DNA from: Nitrospira sp.
GTDB taxonomy: Bacteria > Nitrospirota > Nitrospiria > Nitrospirales > Nitrospiraceae
Direction: 5' to 3'
DNA: 64,000 nt
Assembly: GCA_030653545.1 (NCBI GenBank)
Contig: JAURZE010000028.1
Location: 24,607-88,606, forward strand
The position numbers were made by a program, and so were the translations under genes. Of this stretch, positions 44,261-54,254 are shown piece by piece. The stretch's first letter is position 1; every line of letters begins with the position of its first letter. The notes beneath the pieces were generated by a model that was given only the letters and a program-made list of their open reading frames with translations, did not search any database and had not been told where the DNA came from.

Positions 44261-45055
44261 ATGCCTTGGGAACAGGAATATCGTGTCCTCACCGCCGCGA
44301 TTCGCGAAGCCGGCGCCGAAGCCTTGCGGCTTGCCGCAGAGGGATTTCAGATCTATACCAAACCGGACGATTCTCCGGTCACCTCGGCCGACCATGCCGT
44401 CAATGACATTCTCATGGATCGTCTGCTCGGACAATTTCCGCACGACGGATGGCTGTCTGAGGAAACTCCCGATACCGACGCCCGGCTGACCAAACCCCGC
44501 GTCTGGGTCATCGATCCCATCGACGGAACCAAAGCCTTCATCCGGCACGAGCCGGAATATTGCATCTCCGTGGCGCTGCTGGAAGGCACACAGCCGGTGC
44601 TGGCGGCGATCTTTAATCCCTCGACCAACGAGCTCTATACCGCGATCCGCGGCCAGGGCCTCCATCTGAATGGCGCACCGGCCCCACGCCACGAGTCGGA
44701 GGCCGGCCAACTGCTGACGATCGCGCTCAGTCCGTGGGAACTCCATGTCGGACGCTTCAAATCGATCGAGTCGCACATGACGAGTCGCCCGATGCGCTCC
44801 ATCGCCTGGGCGCTGGCGCAGGCAGCCCGTGGGACGATTCACGGCGTCATCACCTTCGAGCCGGAAAATGAGTGGGATGTGGCGGCCGGAACGCTCTTGC
44901 TCGAAGAAGCCGGCGGATCAGCGCACGATGGCGCGGGACAGCCACTCCGATACAACCAACCGCTTCCCCGGTTTGGGGGATTCATCGCAACCGTGCAGGG
45001 ATTTCCCGATCACCTCACGGCCCAGGTACGACAACTCCCGAGATCAGCCCGCTGA
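44261..45055 (+). CDS. Inositol monophosphatase family / CysQ-like 3'(2'),5'-bisphosphate nucleotidase
   Basis: SPVTSADHAV...WLSEE...WVIDPIDGT...EWDVAAG motifs. Confidence 0.8.
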   Translation: MPWEQEYRVLTAAIREAGAEALRLAAEGFQIYTKPDDSPVTSADHAVNDILMDRLLGQFPHDGWLSEETPDTDARLTKPRVWVIDPIDGTKAFIRHEPEYCISVALLEGTQPVLAAIFNPSTNELYTAIRGQGLHLNGAPAPRHESEAGQLLTIALSPWELHVGRFKSIESHMTSRPMRSIAWALAQAARGTIHGVITFEPENEWDVAAGTLLLEEAGGSAHDGAGQPLRYNQPLPRFGGFIATVQGFPDHLTAQVRQLPRSAR

Positions 45056-45076
45056 CAAAGGAATGACGACGGCCTC

Positions 45077-45940
45077 ATGCGCGTAGCAATTGTAGGGATT
45101 GGCTTACTCGGACGAGCCGTTGCAGAACGGCTGCACAACTCGGGACATGCCGTCACGGTCCATAACCGCACGGCTTCCAAGACGGATCCCCTCCGCGCGC
45201 AGGGCATCACGGTAGCCGCGACCGTTGATGACGCGGTGGCCTCCACGGACTGTACGTTGCTCTTCTTGACCGATGCGACCGCCATTCACGCTGTGCTGTT
45301 CCCTCCCACCGGACCGGTAGATCTCCGAGGTCGAACCATTATTCAAATGGGGACCATCAGCCCGGATGAAAGCCGTGCATTCCAACGCGCGGTGGCCGAT
45401 GGCAGAGGAGACTACTTCGAAGCGCCTGTCCTGGGCAGCCTCCCCGAGGCCAAGGCCGGCACCTTACTCGTTTTGGGCGGGGGCACAGCTGACCAGCTCC
45501 GTCGCTGGGAGCCGGTGTTCTTGTCCTTAACGCCGGCCCCATCCCTTATCGGGCCCGTCGGACAGGCCGCCGCGCTCAAACTGGCGCTGAATCATCTGAT
45601 CGCCGCGGAACTTTCCGCCTTCGCCCTGAGTCTAGGGCTTATCCAACGAGCCGGAATCTCCGTCGACCAGTTCATGGCCATTCTCAAATCCAGCGCGCTG
45701 TTTGCGCCGGCCTTCGAGAAAAAGCTTCCCCGACTGCTGACACGCCAGTACGACAAGCCGAACTTTCCAACCAGCCATCTGCTCAAAGACGTGAACTTGT
45801 TTTCGGATGAAGCCCGGCATCAGGGACTGAACGTGGCCGGCCTCGCAGGCGTGCGCGCCCTCCTCGAGCAAGCCATCCAGGAGGGACACCGGGATGAGGA
45901 CTATTCGGCACTGTTTGAGTCGATTAACCCGAGAGATTAA
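45077..45940 (+). CDS. NAD(P)-dependent oxidoreductase (3-hydroxyisobutyrate / 6-phosphogluconate dehydrogenase-like)
   Basis: MRVAIVGIGLLGRAVAERL Rossmann N-terminus and an all-helical C-terminal domain. Confidence 0.8.
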   Translation: MRVAIVGIGLLGRAVAERLHNSGHAVTVHNRTASKTDPLRAQGITVAATVDDAVASTDCTLLFLTDATAIHAVLFPPTGPVDLRGRTIIQMGTISPDESRAFQRAVADGRGDYFEAPVLGSLPEAKAGTLLVLGGGTADQLRRWEPVFLSLTPAPSLIGPVGQAAALKLALNHLIAAELSAFALSLGLIQRAGISVDQFMAILKSSALFAPAFEKKLPRLLTRQYDKPNFPTSHLLKDVNLFSDEARHQGLNVAGLAGVRALLEQAIQEGHRDEDYSALFESINPRD

Positions 45941-46407
45941 GGAGCGGGAGGCGTATCGCTGGCGGCTACACTGGACGTCTTTCGCGAGAGATGGAAGGTC
46001 CCCCCTTTTGCCGTCGGAGCTCGATCATCGCCGATGCGCGTGTACCACCAGCGGCCATCACCCTCGGAAAGATCCGGGCTCAATTCCACGACGAAGTTAC
46101 CCTCTCGGTCATTCTCTTCCTGCAGCCAGGTGCCCTCCCAATGCAAGCCCCTGAAAGCGACGGTTCGAAGCTGCCCCTTCTTCCACCCGTAGGTCCCGTT
46201 GCCCGTCTCATCGAGCGTGAGCAGCACCACCGCCAGCTCTTCGTAGTCCCACTCGCCGGCGAGGACGCGGCGATCGCCCGAATCATGCGCGGCCGATCCG
46301 GCAGGCGATGAGCTCGTAAGAGGGTGTGAGGCTTGCGGATGACTGCACGCGGCCAGCAGCAGCATTCCCACGATCAGCGCGGGACTCCGAGATAGCATCA
46401 GATGCAT
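45937..46407 (-). CDS. Lipoprotein (unknown)
   Basis: MHLMLSRSPALIVGMLLLAAC lipobox. Confidence 0.5.
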   Translation of the reverse strand: MHLMLSRSPALIVGMLLLAACSHPQASHPLTSSSPAGSAAHDSGDRRVLAGEWDYEELAVVLLTLDETGNGTYGWKKGQLRTVAFRGLHWEGTWLQEENDREGNFVVELSPDLSEGDGRWWYTRIGDDRAPTAKGGTFHLSRKTSSVAASDTPPAP

Positions 46408-46495
46408 AAACAGACAGACTCCCCGATGTTTCACCCTATCTACCATGCAGCGGCGCGATGGACAAGCGCTTCAAGAAAATCAGAACCGGTCCGCC

Positions 46496-47656
46496 TTACA
46501 GATGGAGCATCGCTAAACGCCGGCAAGCCTCGTCAAAATCAGACTCGGTTTTCGCATAGCTGAAACGCACAAACCGCGCACCTTCCGGCCCCGTGAAGAA
46601 GGCTTCCCCAGGAACGGCGGCCACGCCAGCCATTTCCAGCAGCGCCATCGCGCGAGCCTTGCCAGTGCTCCCTGGAAGCCGGCTCGCGTCCGCCAGTACG
46701 TAGTACGCGCCCTGGGGAATCGCCGGCGTGAGCCCCGCCCGCGAGAGCGCCTCGCAAAAACGATCCCGCTTCCGTTGATACTCCCAAGCCATCTCCCGGT
46801 AGAAGGAATCCGGCAGTTCGTTAATGCCGGCCGCCACACCCATTTGCAACGGCGCAGGCGCACAGACATACAACAGATCATTCATCGCCCCGATGAGATG
46901 CGCCCATCGCTCCGCCGCGACGCTGTAACCGATGCGCCACCCGGTAATGCTGAATGTCTTGGAGTAGCCTCCGATTGTGATCGTCCGCTCGGCCATATCA
47001 GGCAGGGTCGCGAGGCTCACGTGTTGTCGGCCATCATACAAAACGTACTCGTAGATTTCGTCGGTGAAGACGAACAAGTCGTGGCGCGTCGCGATCTCGG
47101 CAATCCCTTCCAGCTCCGCACGCGAAAACACTTTCCCCGATGGATTGCCGGGGCTATTCACCACAATCGCTCTGGTGCGGTTCGTGACGGCCCTTTCCAC
47201 CTCGGCGAGCGAGAAGGTCCAATCAGGTGGTTGCATCCGCACCGGCACAGGAACAGTATCGACCGACTTCAGCGCCGTCGCATGGTACTGGTAGTAGGGT
47301 TCGAAGAGAATGACCTCATCACCGGGGTTCAACAGGGCGGCGCACGCGCAATGAAACGAGCCCGTCGCCCCGGCACTCACCGTGATGTGGCGTTCAGGAT
47401 CGGCCTGAATGCCATTGTAGCGAGCCAGCTTCGTGGCCAGCGCCTGCCGCAATTCAGCGAGACCGTCGAATCGCGTATAGGTATTGAATCCCTGATCCAT
47501 GGCGCGCTTGGCACCCTCCAAGACCGGCAGAGGGACGGGCGTGTCACAGACCCCTTGGGCCATGTTCACCCCCTTGGCGTTCACACAGGCCTGAGTCATG
47601 GCTCGGATTTCCGACGGTCCGAGCTGCGCCATCCTGCGATTCCCTGTTCGCTTCAT
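46496..47656 (-). CDS. Class I/II PLP-dependent aminotransferase
   Basis: Start MKRTGNRRM, with ...VNSPGNPSG...GGYSKTFSITGWRIGY (PLP Lys). Confidence 0.85.
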   Translation of the reverse strand: MKRTGNRRMAQLGPSEIRAMTQACVNAKGVNMAQGVCDTPVPLPVLEGAKRAMDQGFNTYTRFDGLAELRQALATKLARYNGIQADPERHITVSAGATGSFHCACAALLNPGDEVILFEPYYQYHATALKSVDTVPVPVRMQPPDWTFSLAEVERAVTNRTRAIVVNSPGNPSGKVFSRAELEGIAEIATRHDLFVFTDEIYEYVLYDGRQHVSLATLPDMAERTITIGGYSKTFSITGWRIGYSVAAERWAHLIGAMNDLLYVCAPAPLQMGVAAGINELPDSFYREMAWEYQRKRDRFCEALSRAGLTPAIPQGAYYVLADASRLPGSTGKARAMALLEMAGVAAVPGEAFFTGPEGARFVRFSYAKTESDFDEACRRLAMLHL

Positions 47657-47935
47657 CGCTGCTCCTCCTCTCTCACATTCCAATCCGATCTTTTTCGCAG
47701 AGACCTCGGCGAAGGTCAACTGCTTGTCGGGATCCCGCCACACCGCCACCCTTGATGGGACTCTAGTTACTTCTTAGTCGTTTGTACTTGCATTCGTGTG
47801 GGCCTCTGTTAGACATTCTCTGTGACGTCAGGATCTTTCCGGAGGCGTTGCCCCCCGTCCGAACTACACCATCTGGGGAAGGCGGAAAGACAGAACACGC
47901 GGTACAGTCAAGGCGTGAGGAATTTCTGAGAGGAC

Positions 47936-48304
47936 ATGAGGGTTATGGAATTACGACCACAACCGCCTGCGCACCCGGACCCGGCAAGCGATCACCACAA
48001 GGATCGACGAGGAAGGCGGATGCTGCTCTCCTGCCGTCTGTTCTTCTTCGGCGAAGACGACTTCGAGGGTGAGGCCACGCTACTGGACATCTCCGCGAGC
48101 GGCTGTCGCGCGAGTTCGTCGATTCCACTCGAGATCGGAATGATTCTGCGACTGTCTCTTTTCCTGCCCGATCATCAATGGCCGCTACGCATCAATCAGG
48201 CCCTCATTCGCTGGATCGACCACAAGGAGTTCGGACTGGAGTTCATCGACATTACCATGGCCCAGCGGGAGCGGCTGCGGACATTGGTGATGAAAGCACG
48301 ATAA
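47936..48304 (+). CDS. PilZ-domain protein
   Basis: RRGRRM...LLDISASGCR... matches the RxxxR / D-x-S-x-x-G signature. Confidence 0.7.
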   Translation: MRVMELRPQPPAHPDPASDHHKDRRGRRMLLSCRLFFFGEDDFEGEATLLDISASGCRASSSIPLEIGMILRLSLFLPDHQWPLRINQALIRWIDHKEFGLEFIDITMAQRERLRTLVMKAR

Positions 48305-48410
48305 CACCCCCTTGACATCACTCTGGGAGGGCTCCGACCTCACCGATACCTCTTACGTTTGATCACTCGGAGCAGCGGAAATTCTTCCCCCCGGATTTCC
48401 GAACGGTCTC

Positions 48411-49028
48411 CTACGATGGAGAGGGCAGCGATATTGAAGGGGGCTTGGCTGAATGATCCGCCGGAGTCGCTTGGGGACTTCTGGATCGATACCTTTCGTA
48501 GTACTTGAGCACTTTGCGCACATAGTGCCGGGTTTCGCGAATACGTGGAATCCGGCCTCCCTTCACCCGATGTACCCCGGCATTGTAGGCGGCCAGCGTC
48601 AGCGAAAGATCCCCGTCGTAGAGATTCAGCAGATGCCGCAGCTGTTTCGCGCCACCACCGATGTTCTGAATGGGATCGTGGAGGTCTCCCACGCGTAAGG
48701 TGGCAGCAGTCTCGGGAGTCAATTGCATGAGCCCGACCGCTCCCTTCCGAGAGACCGCGTCCGGACGAAAATCAGACTCCGTCTTAATGACCGCACGCAA
48801 GAGCGCCGGATCGAGTCGGTACCGTTTCGCGTAGAACGCGATCGCCCGACGGATTTCCTGTGTGTCATATCGCGGGCGCCCGTCGAAATCCGACTTCGTA
48901 GGAACAGGGATCGCCCCGACCATCGCCATGGCCAACACAAGAATCCCCGCGTTGCGCAGAAACGCAACGGAGGGGCGAAACCGCTGTATGGAGATTGGAG
49001 TAGTCACGCAGCAACCTGGCCGACCCAT
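48411..49028 (-). CDS. Lytic transglycosylase (SLT domain)
   Basis: IKTESDFRPDAVSRKGAVGLMQL...AYNAG. Confidence 0.8.
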   Translation of the reverse strand: MGRPGCCVTTPISIQRFRPSVAFLRNAGILVLAMAMVGAIPVPTKSDFDGRPRYDTQEIRRAIAFYAKRYRLDPALLRAVIKTESDFRPDAVSRKGAVGLMQLTPETAATLRVGDLHDPIQNIGGGAKQLRHLLNLYDGDLSLTLAAYNAGVHRVKGGRIPRIRETRHYVRKVLKYYERYRSRSPQATPADHSAKPPSISLPSPS

Positions 49029-49185
49029 TCAGCAGGGGTGGACTCGGGTTACCGAAGTATCTCCTCAAGAGCCGTGCCGTCCAGATCGATTCACAACTCA
49101 CTGAAGACATTCAGGCTTTATCTCAATGGATCCTGCGACGAGGATGCGCAGATCGAACAATCGTGACCATTTCTCGGCAAGAGAA

Positions 49186-49626
49186 CTACGGCAGGACTCT
49201 TGCCCCGTCACTCTTGGCCATGCCCCAATAGACAAAGGCCTGGACGGTCGCCACCAGCACCACGAGCATCAACAGTATGAGAAGCGCCACGGCGATCCCG
49301 CCCATCACAGGAGCGTGATAGGCATGAAAAATCACGGCTACAGGCTGGTCCGTGAAAGGGCTGAAATGCGAGAGCCAGCCAAAGGCCAATCCACCCAACC
49401 CGATACCGGCCCAGAATCTCGGCCCCACTGTTCCTCGCCGGTAACCGATCAATCCCAGCCCTAACACGAGATAGATCGAGGCGATCACGACGATGAAGCC
49501 GATCGACTGGTCATCGATTGGCCAATGGAAATCACCGCGCAGGACATGATCGACCGCATGGAGTCCGTTCAACACCGCAATTCCCTTGATCAGTCGTTCG
49601 AGCGTATCGGGCTGACGTACAGGCAT
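49186..49626 (-). CDS. Integral membrane protein (unknown)
   Basis: Three to four hydrophobic helices. It starts 4 nt after the msrA stop. Confidence 0.5.
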   Translation of the reverse strand: MPVRQPDTLERLIKGIAVLNGLHAVDHVLRGDFHWPIDDQSIGFIVVIASIYLVLGLGLIGYRRGTVGPRFWAGIGLGGLAFGWLSHFSPFTDQPVAVIFHAYHAPVMGGIAVALLILLMLVVLVATVQAFVYWGMAKSDGARVLP

Positions 49627-49629
49627 CGC

Positions 49630-50253
49630 CTAGGGCTTCCCCCAAACCTCTTCCAGCCGTTGGGTCCGGCCGCAATTGAATTTATAGAACTTATAGCGCA
49701 CGGGATTTTTTTTGTAGAAATCCTGGTGATACTCTTCGGCCGGATAAAACGCCGTGGCCGCCACGATCTGCGTCACGATCGGGCTGTGAAATTTTTTCGA
49801 CTCTTCAAGCCGCTTTCTCGAAGCCTCCACCAATTTCTGCTCCTCGGGAGTCGAGGGAAATATCGCGGCCCGATACTGATTGCCATGGTCACAGAATTGC
49901 GCGTTCGGAGTCAGCGGATCCACATTGCGCCAGAACGCATCCAAGAGCTTCTCGTAACTCACTTTGGCGGGATCGTAGGTCACCTCAACCGACTCCGCGT
50001 GCCCGGTCCCGCCGGCTGACACCTGCTCATAGGTCGGATTGGCCAGGGTTCCGTCCATGTAGCCGGATACCGCCGAGAGGACACCGTCGACTTTCTCAAA
50101 GGCTTCCTCCATGCACCAGAAGCACCCGCCGGCAAAATAGGCCTTGGCCTGAGCGGTCGCGGCCGAGCGGTCCGGTTGGATCAGACTAAGGCCCAGTCCC
50201 ATCACCAGGACCATCCCTGCCAATGCTGCTTGTCCAAAATTCCGTCTTGTCAT
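49630..50253 (-). CDS. msrA: Peptide methionine (S)-sulfoxide reductase with Tat-like signal peptide
   Basis: FAGGCFWCMEEAF catalytic motif. The N-terminus MTRRNFGQAALAGMVLVMGLGLSL...ATAQA fits the S/T-R-R-x-F consensus. Confidence 0.9.
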   Translation of the reverse strand: MTRRNFGQAALAGMVLVMGLGLSLIQPDRSAATAQAKAYFAGGCFWCMEEAFEKVDGVLSAVSGYMDGTLANPTYEQVSAGGTGHAESVEVTYDPAKVSYEKLLDAFWRNVDPLTPNAQFCDHGNQYRAAIFPSTPEEQKLVEASRKRLEESKKFHSPIVTQIVAATAFYPAEEYHQDFYKKNPVRYKFYKFNCGRTQRLEEVWGKP

Positions 50254-50352
50254 TGCGAAGACCCTCCTCTGTGGTCAGTCGGGGCTGACGCGAAACTCTT
50301 ACAGTCTACTACGGCGCTCGGCTTCCGATGGATTTTCGGGTATGATATTCCC

Positions 50353-50823
50353 ATGCATTTCTCGAAGCTTCTGCTCTTCGTTGCGACCCTCACCGCACTG
50401 TCCGGTTGCGCCTCCTGGTTCGCGAAGGGGGAAATACCGGACGTGCTGGTCAGCAATATCACCCCTCTGGATAGCACGCCATTCGAGCAGCGGCTCAAAA
50501 TCGATCTGCGCGTCCGGAATCCGAACGACTACGAGCTCCAGGTGACCGGCATGGACATCCGATTGGATTTAAATGGAAAGCGGTTGGCCCGCGGTCTCGG
50601 GAACCAGGCGTTCACCGTCCCGCGTCTGAGCGATAGCGTCGTGTCGATTGAAACGACGACCTCTACCCTCGATGTCGTGCGACAGGTTCTCGGGTTACGA
50701 AAAGTTCAGGCCCTGAGTTACGAGATCAGCGGCGTGCTGCATCTGAAAGAGGGCCGGCTCCCCTTCGAGAATAGCGGGGTGCTGGTAGAAAAAGGCGACC
50801 TCTCCGGCGTTCTCGCTCCCTAA
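50353..50823 (+). CDS. LEA_2 / WHy-domain lipoprotein
   Basis: Lipobox LTALSGC, with LKIDLRVRNPNDYELQVTGMDIRLDLNG. Confidence 0.7.
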   Translation: MHFSKLLLFVATLTALSGCASWFAKGEIPDVLVSNITPLDSTPFEQRLKIDLRVRNPNDYELQVTGMDIRLDLNGKRLARGLGNQAFTVPRLSDSVVSIETTTSTLDVVRQVLGLRKVQALSYEISGVLHLKEGRLPFENSGVLVEKGDLSGVLAP

Positions 50824-50830
50824 CGGACAC

Positions 50831-51373
50831 TCACAATGCCAGATCGCCGTATTCCGTCGGCTCTTCCGAATGAGACCGGCGCTTCCTGCCGCCCATTTGC
50901 TTCATAATGAGCTCGATCGCCTCTTCCGGAGAGCCGGCTGCAGAGACGAGGCGTTTGCCCAGCTTGCGGAAGAACGCCACATCGGCCGGAGCGGCGTCCA
51001 CAAGAATCACGGGCTTCCCGGCTTTCACCGCCAACGCGACTTCAGACACCGTGCCAGATCCACTTAGACCGCACGCCACCACCACATCACTCGTGAGCAC
51101 GTTGATGTTGTTACGGCCGCTGCCCATTTCCGTAATGATCGGCACATCGACATGACACGACACCCGGTCCTTCGCCGTGGGCAAAATTCCCACCGTCAGG
51201 CTCCCGCCGACTCGCTTCGCTCCCTCACAGGCGGCATCCATGACACCCAGGTCGCGTCCTCCGGTAAGCACCACCCAGCCGCGCCGGGCGATAAATTCGC
51301 CGAGTACCCGCGCGTTATCCAGATCTTTCTTCTTCGCCTTGGCCGGCCCCATTACACCCACTATGAATCGCAT
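50831..51373 (-). CDS. TIGR00725 / LOG-like (SLOG) family protein
   Basis: MRFIVGVMGP...VVLTGGRDLGVMDAA...GILP...SGRNNINV...GSGTVSEVA. GGAGGAG RBS. Confidence 0.7.
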   Translation of the reverse strand: MRFIVGVMGPAKAKKKDLDNARVLGEFIARRGWVVLTGGRDLGVMDAACEGAKRVGGSLTVGILPTAKDRVSCHVDVPIITEMGSGRNNINVLTSDVVVACGLSGSGTVSEVALAVKAGKPVILVDAAPADVAFFRKLGKRLVSAAGSPEEAIELIMKQMGGRKRRSHSEEPTEYGDLAL

Positions 51374-51590
51374 CGCTCCTCCGCTCCAGACTGTCTCGAT
51401 TAAACTCGTGATGCTGTCAGTGTGACATCGGCAGGGGTCCGATAGGTCCAGGCCGCCTTGACCTGCCCGTCGATCATACGCCCACAATAAATCGCCTCGC
51501 TCCTCCGCTTCAGACTACTCTGATCAAAATCGTGATGCCGTCAGCGTGATGTCGGCATAGGTCCAGGCCGACTTGAACTGCCCGTCGATC
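51357..51590. repeat. Tandem ~124-bp duplication of a gene junction
   Basis: Copy A is 51357-51475 and copy B is 51481-51590. They are ~87 % identical, with a 9-nt indel. Copy B holds the real 3' end of the TPR gene. Copy A holds the real RBS and start of the TIGR00725 gene. Confidence 0.85.
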
Positions 51591-53248
51591 GTGTCCGCGT
51601 CGCCCCCTTTATGCTGGGCGCGGAGACTCTGGGTCAATCCCCAGAGACTCCACCCGTTCTGCGGGTGACGCCGAAGATCCTCCCGGTAGACCTGTTCGGC
51701 TTCTGCCGGCCGGCCGGCCGTCAGCAACGTCGCCCCCAGATAGTGGCGTACGGGAATCGGCCAATAGGGAGGCTCCGTGTAGGCCAGAGATTCTTCCAGT
51801 GCCACCCCTTCACGCAGAATCCTGATGGCCTCGTCATACTTCTGGCGGCGTGCGGCAATGTCTCCCGCCAGCAGCCGCTCTGCAATTTTTAACATGGTCC
51901 GCGCGGTCTTGTCCTCGGAACTCCGGTCGCGGCGGAACTGCTTCGCCAGGCCAGCCAGCGCAAAATGCTCGCCTTCGGCCCCCGGAACTCTGCCTACTGC
52001 CGCCGAGGCAAGTCCCCGCCCCAGCCGCCACATACCTTCTTGCACCCGTAATCCCTTCGGTGGGACCGGCTCGCGCAGCAGATCCTCCCACCGGCCGAAA
52101 CGGATCAGCGAAAATACCGGCGCCGGAAGATAGAATTCTTTCCACCTTTCCTTCCGCGCTTCCGCTTCGGTAATGGTCCCCGTCAATTCTCGGGCGGTCT
52201 TCAGCGCCTCAGCCTGTCGCCCTTCCATCATCAGTGAGGCCCAGAGAAAATGCAGATTGTGCGTGAAGTAGCCATCCGCATAGTCTCCGCTCAGCGCCCG
52301 TCCTGCCAGGTAGTCTTTGTCGACATGGACCGCGTGGGCGTTTCCTTCTGCCGCCTCATGATACTTGCCGAGGCGAAGATAGATATGCGCCGGCATATGC
52401 ACCAGGTGTCCGGCCCCCGGCATGAGGCCGGCCAACCGTTCAGCACAGGCCAGAGCCCGCTCCGGCTTCGGCGACGCTTCGACGACATGGATGTAGTAAT
52501 GGCAGGCGCCGGGGTGATCGGGATATCTGGCGAGGACCGCTTCCAGCGTCGACACCATCTCGTCGGTTCCAGGATGCGGACGTCCGTCAGACATCCAGAA
52601 ATCCCACGGCCGCAGATCCATCAACGCCTCGGCAAAGAGGACTCCGGCATCCGGATCATCCGGCGACTGCTGCCGGACAGTCCGCATCGCCGAGGCATAG
52701 GCCTTATCGAGCGCGACACGGGAGCCGCCTTTGGCGCTGTATCGTTTACCAAGCGCCTCAATGTATCGTTGCTCGGCGGAACTGACACGGCCGGCCTGCG
52801 TCCGGGCTTTCTGCAGCGCCTCCCATGCCCGCCGTTCATCGGCCTTGGCCATCGGCGCATTGATATTCGGCCCCAAGGCCAGCGCAATCCCCCAATAGGC
52901 CATCGCGGCAGTCGGGTCGAGCCGAGCCGCCTCCTCGAACGAACGAATCGCCTCTTCATGATTGAACGCGTAGACCAGGCGCAAGCCCTGATCGAAATAG
53001 TGCTGTGCCTGTTCCGAGGTCGTCGTAATAGGGTGGTGAAGTGTCCCGAGATTCGTAAAGAGCGGGACCGTATCGGCAGCCGCGCCGGCCACAGCAGGCG
53101 AAAGAACCATGGCTAGACACAGACTCACGGCATGAATCAGTCCCCTGATCAGTCGATGAGAACGGGCCGGACCGCTAACCAGGCTTCGTCGTGGATTGGA
53201 GGATAGAGGGCTGTATGTTGTGAAGAAGACCCGCATGTCGACTTTCAT
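51524..53248 (-). CDS. Secreted TPR-repeat protein
   Basis: N-terminal signal (...LCLAMVLSPAVAGAAA) and multiple TPR-like helical pairs. Start approximate. Confidence 0.7.
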   Translation of the reverse strand: MKVDMRVFFTTYSPLSSNPRRSLVSGPARSHRLIRGLIHAVSLCLAMVLSPAVAGAAADTVPLFTNLGTLHHPITTTSEQAQHYFDQGLRLVYAFNHEEAIRSFEEAARLDPTAAMAYWGIALALGPNINAPMAKADERRAWEALQKARTQAGRVSSAEQRYIEALGKRYSAKGGSRVALDKAYASAMRTVRQQSPDDPDAGVLFAEALMDLRPWDFWMSDGRPHPGTDEMVSTLEAVLARYPDHPGACHYYIHVVEASPKPERALACAERLAGLMPGAGHLVHMPAHIYLRLGKYHEAAEGNAHAVHVDKDYLAGRALSGDYADGYFTHNLHFLWASLMMEGRQAEALKTARELTGTITEAEARKERWKEFYLPAPVFSLIRFGRWEDLLREPVPPKGLRVQEGMWRLGRGLASAAVGRVPGAEGEHFALAGLAKQFRRDRSSEDKTARTMLKIAERLLAGDIAARRQKYDEAIRILREGVALEESLAYTEPPYWPIPVRHYLGATLLTAGRPAEAEQVYREDLRRHPQNGWSLWGLTQSLRAQHKGGDADTIDGQFKSAWTYADITLTASRF

Positions 53249-53352
53249 CTACGAATGCATCAATCGTGTCGACCCGAGGACCAAACAGGTGATCGGATAG
53301 CACCCACTATCGACGACGGGCGCGAGGCTTTACGCGTCCCCATCTGAACGGG

Positions 53353-54033
53353 TTACAAATTGAGTGACGGCTCGCGTGATACTTTCCGTGAAGCAGACAG
53401 CTCTTTCCCGCCGGACTTCGCCCGCATCACACGGGATTTCTTCGCAGACGGAGCAGCCTGGGCCGCGGCCATGGCCATCGGCTGCTGCTGCGCTTCCAAC
53501 TCTTGCCCTATATAGACCAAGACCTGCTGTTGCGACCCTACCATCGCCTTCAATTCTTGTAACTGAACCGATAGGCGGGCCACCTCTTGCTGATGAGCCA
53601 ACAACTCCAGGCGCAATGCGACCACTTCATCACGCGGTGCTGATGTCACGGCTTGGACTGGCATGGACTCCGGCAGCCTCTCCGCTGATTCAATATGCGG
53701 GACCGTCGCATCCAGAAGGGCATTCCATCTGGCCAAGCGATCGTCGGACAGATACACCGTCCCCGTAGCAGGCTGAGGCTTCGCGCCCTCTGGTCCACCG
53801 GACTGGTCCAGTGAGACAGGCCCGGCCGGCTGGCGCTTCATGGGTGCGCCGGTCGATCGACCCAACCGGTGAAGTTGCGCCACCATGTCGGCAATTCCGC
53901 GCGCACAGGTTGCTCCGGACTCCATCACCAGTTGGATGAAGGACCGCTGCTTCGGGCGCGCGGCGGACATCTGAGCAGGAGAAGGAATGCGTGCGATCAG
54001 GTTAATGGGTTGGTCGCTAAATCGACGGGACAT
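53353..54033 (-). CDS. Hypothetical coiled-coil protein
   Basis: Start at MSRRFSDQ, with a central coiled coil (LRLELLAHQQEVARLSVQLQELKAMV). No family recognised. Confidence 0.45.
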   Translation of the reverse strand: MSRRFSDQPINLIARIPSPAQMSAARPKQRSFIQLVMESGATCARGIADMVAQLHRLGRSTGAPMKRQPAGPVSLDQSGGPEGAKPQPATGTVYLSDDRLARWNALLDATVPHIESAERLPESMPVQAVTSAPRDEVVALRLELLAHQQEVARLSVQLQELKAMVGSQQQVLVYIGQELEAQQQPMAMAAAQAAPSAKKSRVMRAKSGGKELSASRKVSREPSLNL

Positions 54034-54254
54034 GACGGAACCTCCTCTATCAACTTCACCATCCAGACCGCAGTACATCGTGGAGCGGGTTGCGACGATC
54101 TGACTGGAGGGATTCGAACATCGTGCAGGCTCGAACATGGACAGAGCCATATCTCCGAGCCACTACGTACTTGTCTACTCCGACCGGGAGGGTGAGTCAA
54201 TCATTTTCCCAAACAAGGTGCGTGAGCGCGCGTCACAATCAGAGCGACTGAGGC

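Noticed and set aside
46775-47755. 326-aa plus-strand ORF
   Set aside because: It is antisense to a clear PLP aminotransferase and has no recognisable motifs.
52250-53116. 288-aa plus-strand ORF
   Set aside because: It is antisense to the TPR protein gene and has Arg-rich shadow-ORF composition.
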